Below are positions 37,735-46,524 of a stretch of 64,000 bases of DNA, in pieces. Numbering within the stretch: the stretch's first letter is position 1; every line of letters begins with the position of its first letter. This DNA comes from an uncultured Bdellovibrionales bacterium (GTDB lineage Bacteria; Patescibacteriota; Minisyncoccia; Moranbacterales; UBA1568): contig CAYLJX010000004.1 in NCBI GenBank assembly GCA_964384235.1, positions 15,916 to 79,915 on the forward strand, written 5' to 3'. The notes below the pieces were generated by a model. That model was not told the origin of the DNA, did no database searches, and saw nothing but the letters and a program-made list of their open reading frames with translations. A program made the position numbers and the translations under genes.

Positions 37735-38175
37735 TCACAGTTTTTCCTTCGGGATTCCCTCAAACACCCTCCTTGCCTCCCCGTTTCCGTCGGAAAGTTT
37801 CGTCTTGGATCCCTTGAAGGAAAAATCCGTTCGCTCGACCGCCTTATAACCGATATGCCGGCTGAACACCGTGAATGCGATTCGCATATCCGCGTTGCTC
37901 CACATGAACCTGTACAGATCGGGTATCAGATCATGCCGTATCTGCCACACATCATGAGGCATTCCTTCTCCGTCGCACACCTCGAGCAGGTCTTCGTCCG
38001 CCAGGCCGTGTTCCGCAAGCCAGACCGCCGCATGGACACTGACCGGGACATCGTTGATTTCGATAAACCATTCACATCTTTCCGGCATCGGCAGCTGCTG
38101 CCGAAGCCAGGCTTCCCCGAACAACCGACTCATCATTATGCTCCTTCTTGTTGGAAAAAATGTTAAACAACCCAA
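37735..38175 (-). CDS. hypothetical protein
   Basis: 146 aa. GGAG RBS sits 8 nt upstream of the ATG at 38175. No recognisable motif. Confidence 0.5.
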   Translation of the reverse strand: MGCLTFFPTRRSIMMSRLFGEAWLRQQLPMPERCEWFIEINDVPVSVHAAVWLAEHGLADEDLLEVCDGEGMPHDVWQIRHDLIPDLYRFMWSNADMRIAFTVFSRHIGYKAVERTDFSFKGSKTKLSDGNGEARRVFEGIPKEKL

Positions 38176-38199
38176 GACACAAGCCTACTCCGAATATAC

Positions 38200-38240
38200 A
38201 TGAAAAAACAAGAGGGTGCACCCCCTCTGATCTTTTTCTC
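38200..38240 (-). terminator. bidirectional-looking intrinsic terminator (used on minus strand after the PEBP gene)
   Basis: Stem AGAGGG/CCCTCT (38211-38216 and 38223-38228). Flanked by an A-run on the left and a T-run on the right. Confidence 0.6.
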
Positions 38241-38242
38241 TG

Positions 38243-38707
38243 TCATCTCTTCCGGTCGTAGCGACCCATCAGTTCCGCGAGACCGATGACATGCCCCTCC
38301 ATCGCCTGTTCCAGATCGATCTCGATCGCCGTCTCCGGGAGCGCGAGCGTCGTATCCAAGGCGTAGAGCTTGAAGAAATACCGATGCTCCCGATCGGGCG
38401 GACAGGGGCCACCGTACTTGGTCACGCCCGCAGTGGTCGTCCCCTGCACGGCTCCCGGCGGTACGGAATCCTCATCGATACCGGCGATTTCCGGATCGAT
38501 GTTCCACATCACCCAGTGTACCCAGAGTCCGTCTTCCCGGACGCTTCTCGGCACATCCGGATCGTCCACGAGGAGGACCAGGCTCTGCGCCGCTTCCGGT
38601 ACGCCGGCTATGACAAGCGGCGGGCTGATATCTTCCCCGTCACAGGTGTACCGTGCCGGAATCACCCCGCCCGATTCGAACGCCGGACTGGTAAGCTTGA
38701 GAGACAT
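38243..38707 (-). CDS. YbhB/YbcL-family phosphatidylethanolamine-binding protein (PEBP/Raf kinase inhibitor-like)
   Basis: MSLKLTSPAFESGGVIPARYTCDGEDISPPL..., DDPDVP and GPCPPDREHRYFFKLYALD. The start is placed at ATG 38707; the ORF track start at 38743 is a TTG codon. Confidence 0.8.
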   Translation of the reverse strand: MSLKLTSPAFESGGVIPARYTCDGEDISPPLVIAGVPEAAQSLVLLVDDPDVPRSVREDGLWVHWVMWNIDPEIAGIDEDSVPPGAVQGTTTAGVTKYGGPCPPDREHRYFFKLYALDTTLALPETAIEIDLEQAMEGHVIGLAELMGRYDRKR

Positions 38708-38761
38708 ACGCGTGCGAAAAAAATCTGGCACGCTGTAATACAACGCAAACTCCCCGGCTTT

Positions 38762-39154
38762 TCAGTGGAGCACCTCGCGGACCAGTCCGGCCACCTTGTC
38801 CGGGGTCGTGAGCGACTTGATGGCGTAGAAACGCGTCTCGAACTTCCCGACTTCCTTGAAAATCGCTTCGTCGTCGACGTTGCTCAGGACGATGACGGGA
38901 ATTCGCGAAAGCTCAGGATCCTGTTTGAGCTCCGCGAGCACATCCAGCCCGTTCTTGACCGGCATCTGGATATCCAAAAGGATGACTTCGGGCCGCGTCT
39001 CACGGACCACTCTCATTCCGACCTCCCCGTTTTCGGCGGTCGAGACCTCAAAGCCCTCCAGACTCAGTTTCATCCGGTAGATTTCCCGGATATCGTCGTC
39101 ATCGTCGATGACGCATACCTTTCTTCTTTCCCACGGACTTTCGTTTCCTGTCAT
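38762..39154 (-). CDS. stand-alone response-regulator receiver (CheY-like REC) domain protein
   Basis: KVCVIDDDDDIREIY...ILLDIQMPVKNGLDVL...IVLSN...K. The start is placed at ATG 39154. The upstream 48 codons in the ORF track are AT-rich and unlikely to be coding. Confidence 0.7.
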   Translation of the reverse strand: MTGNESPWERRKVCVIDDDDDIREIYRMKLSLEGFEVSTAENGEVGMRVVRETRPEVILLDIQMPVKNGLDVLAELKQDPELSRIPVIVLSNVDDEAIFKEVGKFETRFYAIKSLTTPDKVAGLVREVLH

Positions 39155-39330
39155 AGGCTCGATTTGTATGTTATGCCTTTCAATAGTATCATACTGATGA
39201 AAGCCTTCAGAACGGAGAGTGATGAGCCTCGCAAGAGACTCTAATTGAAACCCACCTTGATTTTCAGGGAAAAAATGTAATTTTTTTCCGTTACTCATTT
39301 TTACGGGATTCAGCCGCTTTCCTGCATTGA

Positions 39331-39435
39331 CCCCGTTACATTGTCCTCGTTTCTCTAGAAGACGTCCTCTGTAACGGGGACGGGCTTTTTTATTATGACC
39401 AAAGCTACCTGGGTCATCGAGGAATGTAACCGGGG
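39331..39435. repeat. three copies of TGTAACGGGG-type motif: ccccgttaca 39331-39340 (inverted), tgtaacgggg 39370-39379, tgtaaccgggg 39425-39435, each direct copy followed by GGGC-T-run
   Basis: Read directly from the sequence. The first two form a 10-bp stem with a 29-nt loop. Possible structured RNA or protein-binding site in the 380-bp leader region of the REC-PEBP genes. Confidence 0.35.
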
Positions 39436-39475
39436 TTGAGGGCTTTTTGTATTTTCATGACTGATGGTCCGAGGC

Positions 39476-39520
39476 CAAGAAAAAACATTCCCCCTCATCG
39501 CAGACCGCGAAGGGGGGAAA
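39476..39520 (-). terminator. rho-independent terminator (minus strand) after gene 39537-40043
   Basis: Stem ttccccc / gggggaa (39488-39494 and 39513-39519). On the minus strand it is followed by UGUUUUUUCUU. Confidence 0.55.
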
Positions 39521-39536
39521 TACATCGAAAGATACT

Positions 39537-40043
39537 TCAGGGAGGAAGGTGTTCTTCATCGCAGCCGACGTGTGTCATCGCCATCCTGACCGGCCGATAG
39601 ATACCGTAACGGAGTAAAAAATCCCGCTGTACCTTGTAGGCCTCACGTTCCAGATCGATGATCTTACCGCAACCCACGACCGCTCCGTCACTTGCTGCCA
39701 ATCCATCCCGACCGACACACTGCTTTCCGGAACTGCATTGCAGATAGTGCGTCATCTCATGGACTACGGCCGACGCTGGAAAGGTCTCGAAGTAGTCGAT
39801 CTCCTCGAGCAGATACACCTCCCGGCCGCCGCGATACCACCCGTACACCCTGCATTCCTTTCCGTTGCAGGCGTTCTGCACGAAGAACTCGTGCGGGACA
39901 AATACCACTTGCGGCAGCTCATCGGGTTTTGAGTACCCCGAAAGCGTCACAGCCCATGACAACAGGACTACGAACAGGTCTTCCACGGCAATACTCCTTC
40001 CAAAGAAAAAGAACCGGAAAAATATCTTTATGCGATACGGCAC
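39537..40043 (-). CDS. hypothetical protein with HExxH motif (putative zinc metallopeptidase-like), likely secreted
   Basis: 168 aa with a GTG start. Hydrophobic N-terminus. VVHEMTHYLQ and several cysteines are present. Confidence 0.45.
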   Translation of the reverse strand: MPYRIKIFFRFFFFGRSIAVEDLFVVLLSWAVTLSGYSKPDELPQVVFVPHEFFVQNACNGKECRVYGWYRGGREVYLLEEIDYFETFPASAVVHEMTHYLQCSSGKQCVGRDGLAASDGAVVGCGKIIDLEREAYKVQRDFLLRYGIYRPVRMAMTHVGCDEEHLPP

Positions 40044-40123
40044 GGGATTCCCCGTACCATCTCCTCTGCCAACACTCTATCGCCAAGCGACCTTTTCGTC
40101 AAAGAGAACGGGCTTGGGAGATA

Positions 40124-40735
40124 TCAGGTCTTACTCTTTCCGATCTGGGGTTTGCGGAGGACGAAGAAAGCGACAGTAGCAACGATCGCTCCGAGCGTGT
40201 CGGCGAGCATGTCTTTCTGCGCGTCCCAGACGTCGCCCTGGCTCCCGAGGTAGGCTGCGCCGGCCGCCGGATCGTTCATGATGGCAAAGATCCACTCGAC
40301 GAGCTCGTAGCCCATGGCCACCGTCGCGATGACAAAGACCGGGTAAGTAAACAAAAGAAAACGGTTCGCCACCAGACGTTTGGCGAGCAGCCACTCGGCG
40401 ATGGCAAAGGCGTAAAACCCGACCGTGAAGTGTGCCATACGGTCGTAATGGTTGCGCTCGAAGCCGAAGAAGTCCGTCACATAGTCGAACGGTACCAGGG
40501 CGAACGTCCAGTGCCCGCCGATGGTGTGGAGATAGACGAGGACGAACATAAGCGCGTAGGCCGTCCGACTGAAGCGGATCCCCGACACGTAGAGTCCGAG
40601 AATGGCCGCGAGAATAATCCATACCGTGAGATTTTCCGCGAACCACGTCGCCCGATCGACCGGATCGATGGCCAGAACAAGAAACAATACCGCATATATC
40701 ACAAGCAGCACAAACAAAAATTTGTTTTTGAACAT
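40124..40735 (-). CDS. DUF2238-like multi-pass membrane protein
   Basis: 203 aa with about 6 TM helices. The pattern resembles the YjdF/DUF2238 family. Confidence 0.5.
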   Translation of the reverse strand: MFKNKFLFVLLVIYAVLFLVLAIDPVDRATWFAENLTVWIILAAILGLYVSGIRFSRTAYALMFVLVYLHTIGGHWTFALVPFDYVTDFFGFERNHYDRMAHFTVGFYAFAIAEWLLAKRLVANRFLLFTYPVFVIATVAMGYELVEWIFAIMNDPAAGAAYLGSQGDVWDAQKDMLADTLGAIVATVAFFVLRKPQIGKSKT

Positions 40736-40799
40736 AGCGTTTGAATATTCAAAAAAGAACCGTCTCCTCGGCCCCTTATGGACATTATACCCGATTTCG

Positions 40800-41261
40800 T
40801 CACTCCTCGAACAGCTTCAGATATTCGCCGTAGCCTTCGCGTTCGAGGTCCTCTTTGGGGATGAACCGGAGCGCGGCGGAGTTCATGCAATAGCGCTTGC
40901 CGCCTTGTTCCGGCGGACCGTCATCAAACACGTGCCCCAGATGCGAGTCCGCGACGGCCGAACGTACTTCCGTCCGCGTCGAAAAGAGCCGGTCGTCCTC
41001 ATGCAGGGTCACGCTCTCCGGACGGATCGGTTGCGTAAACGACGGCCACCCCGTACCGGAGTCATACTTGTCCCGCGACGAATAGAGCGGCTCGCCTGAG
41101 ACGACATCGACATAGAGGCCCTCGGCATGATTGTCGGCATATTCGTTCGTAAACGGCGGCTCCGTCCCCTCCTCTTGCGTCACCTCATACTGCAAGGGCG
41201 TGAGCTCCGCTTCCAGCTCGGTTTCTGAGGGTTTAATAAATTTTTTCCAATCCTTTTTCAT
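40800..41261 (-). CDS. msrB: peptide-methionine (R)-S-oxide reductase
   Basis: GTGWPSF, HLGHVF and RYCMNS motifs are present. It is the form lacking the zinc-binding CxxC pairs. Confidence 0.85.
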   Translation of the reverse strand: MKKDWKKFIKPSETELEAELTPLQYEVTQEEGTEPPFTNEYADNHAEGLYVDVVSGEPLYSSRDKYDSGTGWPSFTQPIRPESVTLHEDDRLFSTRTEVRSAVADSHLGHVFDDGPPEQGGKRYCMNSAALRFIPKEDLEREGYGEYLKLFEE

Positions 41262-41279
41262 AACGACCTGATTATATCC

Positions 41280-42002
41280 CTAAAAATCCCACCCCGTCTT
41301 GGGGACCTCGAAAACAAGAAAGGTCGCGTCGGAAAGCGCTTGGATCGAGACAGTTTCAGATTTCTCTATGCCGATGGCATCGCGATCAGAAAGCGTCTCA
41401 CCTTCGATCTCGACACTACCGGAAACGACGAGGATATAGAGACCGTTTTGAGGGACATGTACCGTATAATCCAACGACTGCCCTTCCTCGAGAGCGCCAC
41501 GAGAGACAAACGCATCCTGATGGATCATGAGCGACCCCTCCCGACCGTCAGGCGATACCAGGAGCTCGAGCGTATTCTTGTTCCATGTTGTCCCGAACGA
41601 TTTCTGATCGTACCGTGGCACGATGTTTCGTTCGCGCGGGAGGATCCATATCTGGAACAACTTGAGTGTGGCGTCTTTGGAGCGATTGTATTCGGCATGC
41701 GTCACGCCGGTCCCGGCCGACATGACCTGTACATCCCCGGCCGGCACGGCATACCGGTTACCCATACTGTCCTCATGCGTCACCGCCCCTTCCATCACGA
41801 GGGTGATGATTTCCATGTTGTCATGCTGGTGCGGACCAAAACCCGAATCCGGCGCGATCGTATCATCGTTTATCACCCGAAGCGTCCCGAAACCCATCCG
41901 TTCCGGATCATACCAGTGAGCGAAGCTGAAACTGAACCGCGTAGACAACCATCCGTGTTCTCCTCTGCCTCTCTCCTTCGCCCTATGAACGATGTATGAC
42001 AT
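41280..42002 (-). CDS. pirin-family bicupin protein
   Basis: N-terminal cupin with the HQHDNMEIITLVMEG metal motif, followed by a second cupin. Confidence 0.85.
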   Translation of the reverse strand: MSYIVHRAKERGRGEHGWLSTRFSFSFAHWYDPERMGFGTLRVINDDTIAPDSGFGPHQHDNMEIITLVMEGAVTHEDSMGNRYAVPAGDVQVMSAGTGVTHAEYNRSKDATLKLFQIWILPRERNIVPRYDQKSFGTTWNKNTLELLVSPDGREGSLMIHQDAFVSRGALEEGQSLDYTVHVPQNGLYILVVSGSVEIEGETLSDRDAIGIEKSETVSIQALSDATFLVFEVPKTGWDF

Positions 42003-42035
42003 ATCTCTCCTCTTTTCCTTGCTCCTTTCTACAAG

Positions 42036-42470
42036 TTACTTATCGCTCGTCTCCATATGTTCCCCTCTCTCCACTGCGGCGGGATCCATCCAAAAGTATT
42101 CCCAGATGTGACCGTCGAGGTCGCGAAGGGCCCGACCGTACATGAAGCCCATGTCCTGCGTCTCGCGTGCCTCCGTCCCGCCGGCCGCCAACCCTTTCTC
42201 GACGATCGCGTCCACCGCTTCCTTGCTCTCACATGAGAGCGCGGTCAGCACCTCCGTCACCTTGGACGTGTCGGCGATGTCGGTACCGCGCAAGAAACTC
42301 TTGAAGAACGGCTCCGTGAGAAGCATCGCGTAGATATCCTCGCCGATCACCATGCAGGTCGCCTTGTCATCAGTGAACTGCGGGTTGAACGAATAGCCCA
42401 GGCTTCCGAAAAACGCTTTCGTCTTTTCCAGATCTTTCACCGGCAGATTCACGAATATCTTCGTGGTCAT
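42036..42470 (-). CDS. VOC-family (glyoxalase/bleomycin-resistance fold) protein
   Basis: 144 aa with a paired beta-alpha-beta-beta-beta pattern and conserved E/H positions. Confidence 0.7.
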   Translation of the reverse strand: MTTKIFVNLPVKDLEKTKAFFGSLGYSFNPQFTDDKATCMVIGEDIYAMLLTEPFFKSFLRGTDIADTSKVTEVLTALSCESKEAVDAIVEKGLAAGGTEARETQDMGFMYGRALRDLDGHIWEYFWMDPAAVERGEHMETSDK

Positions 42471-42640
42471 ATGACTTTATCATCCCGAACTTACCTGTCC
42501 GCCCCAGGAGGAATCCGGGAACCTTTATGAAATTACACACGTACTACATTACGATACAACAAATCATTTCAGGAAAGAAATCAGGGAAGACGGTAGTGTC
42601 TTCCCTTGAGTATGGAGCGTGGCTCCCTGTCGTATTGTCA

Positions 42641-42994
42641 TCAGCCCTCCTGCGGTTTGGCGGCCGGCTTGGTAGGCTTCTTGACCGGCTTGTCGGCCAC
42701 TGTCGTCTTGACCGGCTTGTCGGCCACTGTCGTCTTGGCCGGCTTGGTAGGCTGGGTCGCCGGAGGGGGGACCGGCTTCTCCGCGGCTGCCTCCTGCGCG
42801 TCCTTGGCTTCCCGCTTCGCGGCGTGCTTGTCCAGCACGTCAGCGGATCCACTGGCAGCCTTGGCGCCGACCCGGGCCATGTCCGCCGACAGACTCATCA
42901 TGCTGGCACAGCCGCCGAGACCAAGGGAAATGACTGTCACCGCAAGAACGGTAAGAACTTTGTTCACGATAAACCCCCTTCGTAAAAAACGCAC
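42641..42994 (-). CDS. lipoprotein with proline/lysine-rich repetitive C-terminus
   Basis: Signal peptide plus lipobox LGLGGC. Carries the tandem KTTVADKPV repeat. Confidence 0.6.
   Translation of the reverse strand: MRFLRRGFIVNKVLTVLAVTVISLGLGGCASMMSLSADMARVGAKAASGSADVLDKHAAKREAKDAQEAAAEKPVPPPATQPTKPAKTTVADKPVKTTVADKPVKKPTKPAAKPQEG
42681..42746. repeat. exact 27-bp tandem duplication (ttgaccggcttgtcggccactgtcgtc x2) plus partial third copy inside the lipoprotein gene
   Basis: Copies at 42681-42707 and 42708-42734 are identical, followed by the partial ttggccggcttg. Confidence 0.7.
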
Positions 42995-43095
42995 TGACGG
43001 ATTGCCAGTGCTTCCCTTATACCATTTTTTTCTGAAACTGTCAACCGTTTTTACCGGTAAACAGATTATTTATGGCTTGAAAAAGGGAAATTCCA

Positions 43096-43626
43096 TCACC
43101 GGAAACGAATCGGGATGCGGATTTCAGCGGCGTTTTCCGGGAGACCGGAGGGATTGTCTTTTTCGAGGACGAGCGTGCCGGTCGCGGTTTCGGATTCCGG
43201 AAACGTGAGCACTGTTTCGAACGGGACGAATTCCGTCGTCATCCACTCGGCCAAAGCCTGGGCCGGCATGACGGCGAGCTCCTTACCATTGCCATCAAGG
43301 AGACGCACCGGAAAGGACGCCTCGAAATACCACGTTCCCCTCGCTTCCCCCGTGACCCGGAGCGGGCTCGTCACGACGCTCTCCGGGAGAGGAGAACTCA
43401 GACGGACATTGTCATCGGCGTACGGTGTAGGCGTGGCTGTCACCGGAACTGTCGGACACGATGTGAACTCGCACCGGGGCGGCACCCGTCCCACGTACGA
43501 CCCATCGGGACAGAGCCTCGCCTCCATCGTACATGCGACCTCCTGCCCCGAGAGCCGTTGATACACGAAAAACCCTATCCCCCCGATCACCAAGAGACAG
43601 AATATGACGACGAAAGAACGTTTCAT
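43096..43626 (-). CDS. Gmad2 immunoglobulin-like domain protein, membrane-anchored
   Basis: N-terminal TM segment and a cysteine-rich linker. GEARGTWYFEASFPVRLLDGNG resembles the Gmad2 pattern. Confidence 0.5.
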   Translation of the reverse strand: MKRSFVVIFCLLVIGGIGFFVYQRLSGQEVACTMEARLCPDGSYVGRVPPRCEFTSCPTVPVTATPTPYADDNVRLSSPLPESVVTSPLRVTGEARGTWYFEASFPVRLLDGNGKELAVMPAQALAEWMTTEFVPFETVLTFPESETATGTLVLEKDNPSGLPENAAEIRIPIRFR

Positions 43627-44108
43627 ACTTTCGGTTTCAATGCTGTAAGGTCCGCGAGGATGGCTTCGGCGTGAGCATCCGGTTTGACGTTCTCATAGAT
43701 TTTGGCGATCTTGCCCGCGGGATCGATGAGAAATGTCGTGCGAAGCGTCCCCATGTACTCGCGTCCCATGAATTTCTTCTTGGCCCACACGTGGTACTTC
43801 AAGACGACGGTCCTGTCCTCGTCGGAAAGCAACGTAAAGGGAAGCGAGTACTTCTCCACGAACTTGGCATGCTTCTTCACCGGATCGACCGACACTCCGA
43901 GCACTACCATACCCTGACGCTTCAGCCGCGCGAAGTTATCCCGGAACGAACAGGCCTCCGCCGTGCACCCCGGCGTATCGTCCTTGGGATAGAAATACAA
44001 GACGACCCACTTGCCGAGATAGTCTTTGAGCGCATGCGTCTTCCCCTCCTGATCCGGGAGCCGAAACCCCGGCGCCTTCGATCCGACTTTGAGCATAAGT
44101 AAAATCAT
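43623..44108 (-). CDS. bcp: thioredoxin-dependent peroxiredoxin Bcp/PrxQ
   Basis: FYPKDDTPGCTAEAC active site. The start is placed at ATG 44108 (MILLMLKVG...), which has a GAGGGA RBS. The ORF track's 65-aa extension is unlikely to be real. Confidence 0.85.
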   Translation of the reverse strand: MILLMLKVGSKAPGFRLPDQEGKTHALKDYLGKWVVLYFYPKDDTPGCTAEACSFRDNFARLKRQGMVVLGVSVDPVKKHAKFVEKYSLPFTLLSDEDRTVVLKYHVWAKKKFMGREYMGTLRTTFLIDPAGKIAKIYENVKPDAHAEAILADLTALKPKV

Positions 44109-44149
44109 TTTCGGATTATCCCTCGCTTGTTTCCTTACACTCCGAAAGA

Positions 44150-44395
44150 CTACTTCTTCCAACGCGGGGCGAAGCGGATGAGGAAGGTGAAGAATTTCGC
44201 CTTGAGCGGATTCATCCCGCCCTTTATCATGTTCTCGTAGGCGCGCTTTTGAAATTCTTTGAGGTCGTTCCCCTCGTAGCAGAGCTTGCCGTCGCGGAAA
44301 CACAGGTTACAGTACCGTTCGTTCTCCCGAGTCATCTGCCCGTGCGCCTCATCCAGCGGCATCATGCAGCTCTCGCAGTGTTTGTGCTTCGCCAT
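44150..44395 (-). CDS. putative zinc-ribbon domain protein
   Basis: 81 aa with MAKHKHCESCMMPL...CNLCF providing a Cys4 arrangement. Confidence 0.5.
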   Translation of the reverse strand: MAKHKHCESCMMPLDEAHGQMTRENERYCNLCFRDGKLCYEGNDLKEFQKRAYENMIKGGMNPLKAKFFTFLIRFAPRWKK

Positions 44396-44461
44396 AGTTT
44401 TTGCTTTATTATTACTTTTTCAGTATACACCCGAACGAAAACCGGTCCTGTTTCCGGGACT

Positions 44462-45232
44462 CTAGCGTCTTCGTTTGGCGGAGAGATCCCACACCATATC
44501 GAACTGGAGCCGCATCAGACGGGCGAAGTCCGCGCTCTGCACGACAAACCCGAAGGCCTCGGCCGCCGAACTGACGAACAGCACCTTGTCGCCATAGACC
44601 GTGTAGGCCATGTCCGGAGCGAATCCCGCCGGAGCGAAACGCCGTTCCACGTCGGCATCGCGGTCCTGCCACAGCAAGGCTTTGCCGGATGTGGGAGCCG
44701 GAGCCCAGATGGTCCGCAGACGAAGACCGTTGCGTATCCGTTTCTCGTTGAACGTGGCGAGCTCCTTGCTCCCCAGCGCCCGGATCATCTCATCATACGG
44801 CCAGAGCGCGCAGAGCGTCACCCGCTCGTCCCAGAGCATGTCGTGCATGGCGGTCACGATGGATCGGCGGCCCCGGAAAAACCGGATTCGCGGATCGACG
44901 GACTGATGACCTTTGACGAGCGACTCCTTCTTGCGGGCCAAAGTCTGACGGAGACCCTTGAGACGTTCCTCTTCATCGGAGAGCATCCGCTCCACGTCGG
45001 AAAGATCGCGCACCATGAACTCCGTCCGCCCGTCGATATCGCGCTCCACGATGAGCGTCCGGGCAACGAGGACCTTGAGCTGATCATACACCGACGGCCG
45101 GGTCATACCGAGACGCGTCGCGATCGTACGCGCCGAGGATGCCCCGTTCGCCACCAAGTCGCCAAAGACCACCCGGGCCGGAGCGGGTACGTCGAGCGCC
45201 CCCAAGATGTCGTCGAGAAGACGGTTTGCCAT
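44462..45232 (-). CDS. TrmB-family transcriptional regulator
   Basis: N-terminal wHTH (SARTIATRLGMTRPSVYDQLKVL) plus a C-terminal TrmB-like sensor domain. Confidence 0.6.
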   Translation of the reverse strand: MANRLLDDILGALDVPAPARVVFGDLVANGASSARTIATRLGMTRPSVYDQLKVLVARTLIVERDIDGRTEFMVRDLSDVERMLSDEEERLKGLRQTLARKKESLVKGHQSVDPRIRFFRGRRSIVTAMHDMLWDERVTLCALWPYDEMIRALGSKELATFNEKRIRNGLRLRTIWAPAPTSGKALLWQDRDADVERRFAPAGFAPDMAYTVYGDKVLFVSSAAEAFGFVVQSADFARLMRLQFDMVWDLSAKRRR

Positions 45233-45349
45233 ATTTGTCGAAATTCGTCGACAGTATAACAGACTGAAAAGAATCTGGCAAGATGCGGGTACAGCAGTCA
45301 GGACCGTTCATTCACAACCTTGTTCCTAACCCTTTCACAGGAGGCCATC

Positions 45350-45880
45350 ATGGCAAAGAAACCCGTCCTCGCCGTACCCAAAAACACGCTGGAAGCCAAC
45401 GCTTCCCTCTACCGGATCGGCACCATCGATCGCGACATCACCGACATCGAAGCCTCGCTCGCGGCGGCCATCGCCACCCTGCAGAACGAGGCGGTCGCGA
45501 AGCTCAAGTCGCTCGTCAATGAGCGCAAGGATCGGCTCGCCGGTCTCGAGCAGTTCGCCGTCGACAACCGTACGGACATCCTCGCAGGCGGCCGGAAGTC
45601 CGTCGAGCTCGCCGCCGGTGTCATCGGCTGGAAGATGACTCCCCCGAAGGTCGTGCTCGCCCGCGGAGGAGAAAAGAAGGCGCTCGAAACGCTCAAGCGC
45701 CTGAGACTCCAGAAGTACATCCGGACCAAGGAATCCCTCGACAAGCAGTCGCTCCTGCGCGAGCGTCCCGAGATCACAGGTATCCGGTACGTCCAGCGCG
45801 AAGCGTTCTTTGCCGAGGCCAAGACGGATACTCCTCCAGAAGCGGCCGCAAACGTCATCGCCCTGGCGCGCCCCGCCTAG
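45350..45880 (+). CDS. gam: phage Mu Gam-like host-nuclease inhibitor (Ku-like DNA-end-binding) protein
   Basis: GGAGG RBS sits 5 nt upstream. IGWKMTPPKVVLARGGEKKALETLKRLRLQKYIRTKESLDKQSL aligns closely by eye with Mu Gam (VSWRVRPPSVSIRGMDAVMETLERLGLQRFIRTKQEINKEAIL). Confidence 0.7.
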   Translation: MAKKPVLAVPKNTLEANASLYRIGTIDRDITDIEASLAAAIATLQNEAVAKLKSLVNERKDRLAGLEQFAVDNRTDILAGGRKSVELAAGVIGWKMTPPKVVLARGGEKKALETLKRLRLQKYIRTKESLDKQSLLRERPEITGIRYVQREAFFAEAKTDTPPEAAANVIALARPA

Positions 45881-45944
45881 GCACCCCACCACTACCCCGA
45901 CAGACATCGTTCTGTCGGGGTTTTCTTGTAAAAAGAATGAAGTG

Positions 45945-46430
45945 CTACAAAATCACCTTTGCAAGAAAAACGATGATCATGATGAGGCCGAGGAGGAATT
46001 TAAGAACGGTGCCACCAAGGAAACCGATGACGCTCCCCCATCCGGCCTTGAGCGAATGCTCCGTGCTCTTGCCAGCGAAGAGGAGTTCCGCGAACGCCGC
46101 ACCGAAAAAAACGCCGAGGATGAGTCCGATGACGTTGAAGACAACCATGCCGACGAGACCGCCGAGGATCGACCCCGTCACGCCCCATCTGGTCGAGCCG
46201 TACCTCTTGGCACCATAGGCACTCCCGAGATAGTCGAAAAGGAGCGACAGCGCGGCTGCGATTCCCAGCACGACGAGCGTCACCACTCCAACCGTCTCGA
46301 TGCCGAACGAAAGGGCGTAGATGAGAATCCCAAGAAAGATGAGTCCCGTCCCAGGAAGCACCGGGAGTACCGTCCCCGCCAACCCAACGAGGAGAAGTGT
46401 CGCGACAAGGATGATGACGAGAGCGGACAT
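45945..46430 (-). CDS. DUF456-family membrane protein
   Basis: 161 aa with 4 TM helices and glycine-rich helices typical of DUF456. Confidence 0.6.
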   Translation of the reverse strand: MSALVIILVATLLLVGLAGTVLPVLPGTGLIFLGILIYALSFGIETVGVVTLVVLGIAAALSLLFDYLGSAYGAKRYGSTRWGVTGSILGGLVGMVVFNVIGLILGVFFGAAFAELLFAGKSTEHSLKAGWGSVIGFLGGTVLKFLLGLIMIIVFLAKVIL

Positions 46431-46524
46431 GAGATATGAGGTATATGAGATAGGAGATATGAAATCCGTATTGCATCAGACGATGACGAACGAAACGGTG
46501 ACGAGGTCGCCGTCGGAAAATAAG

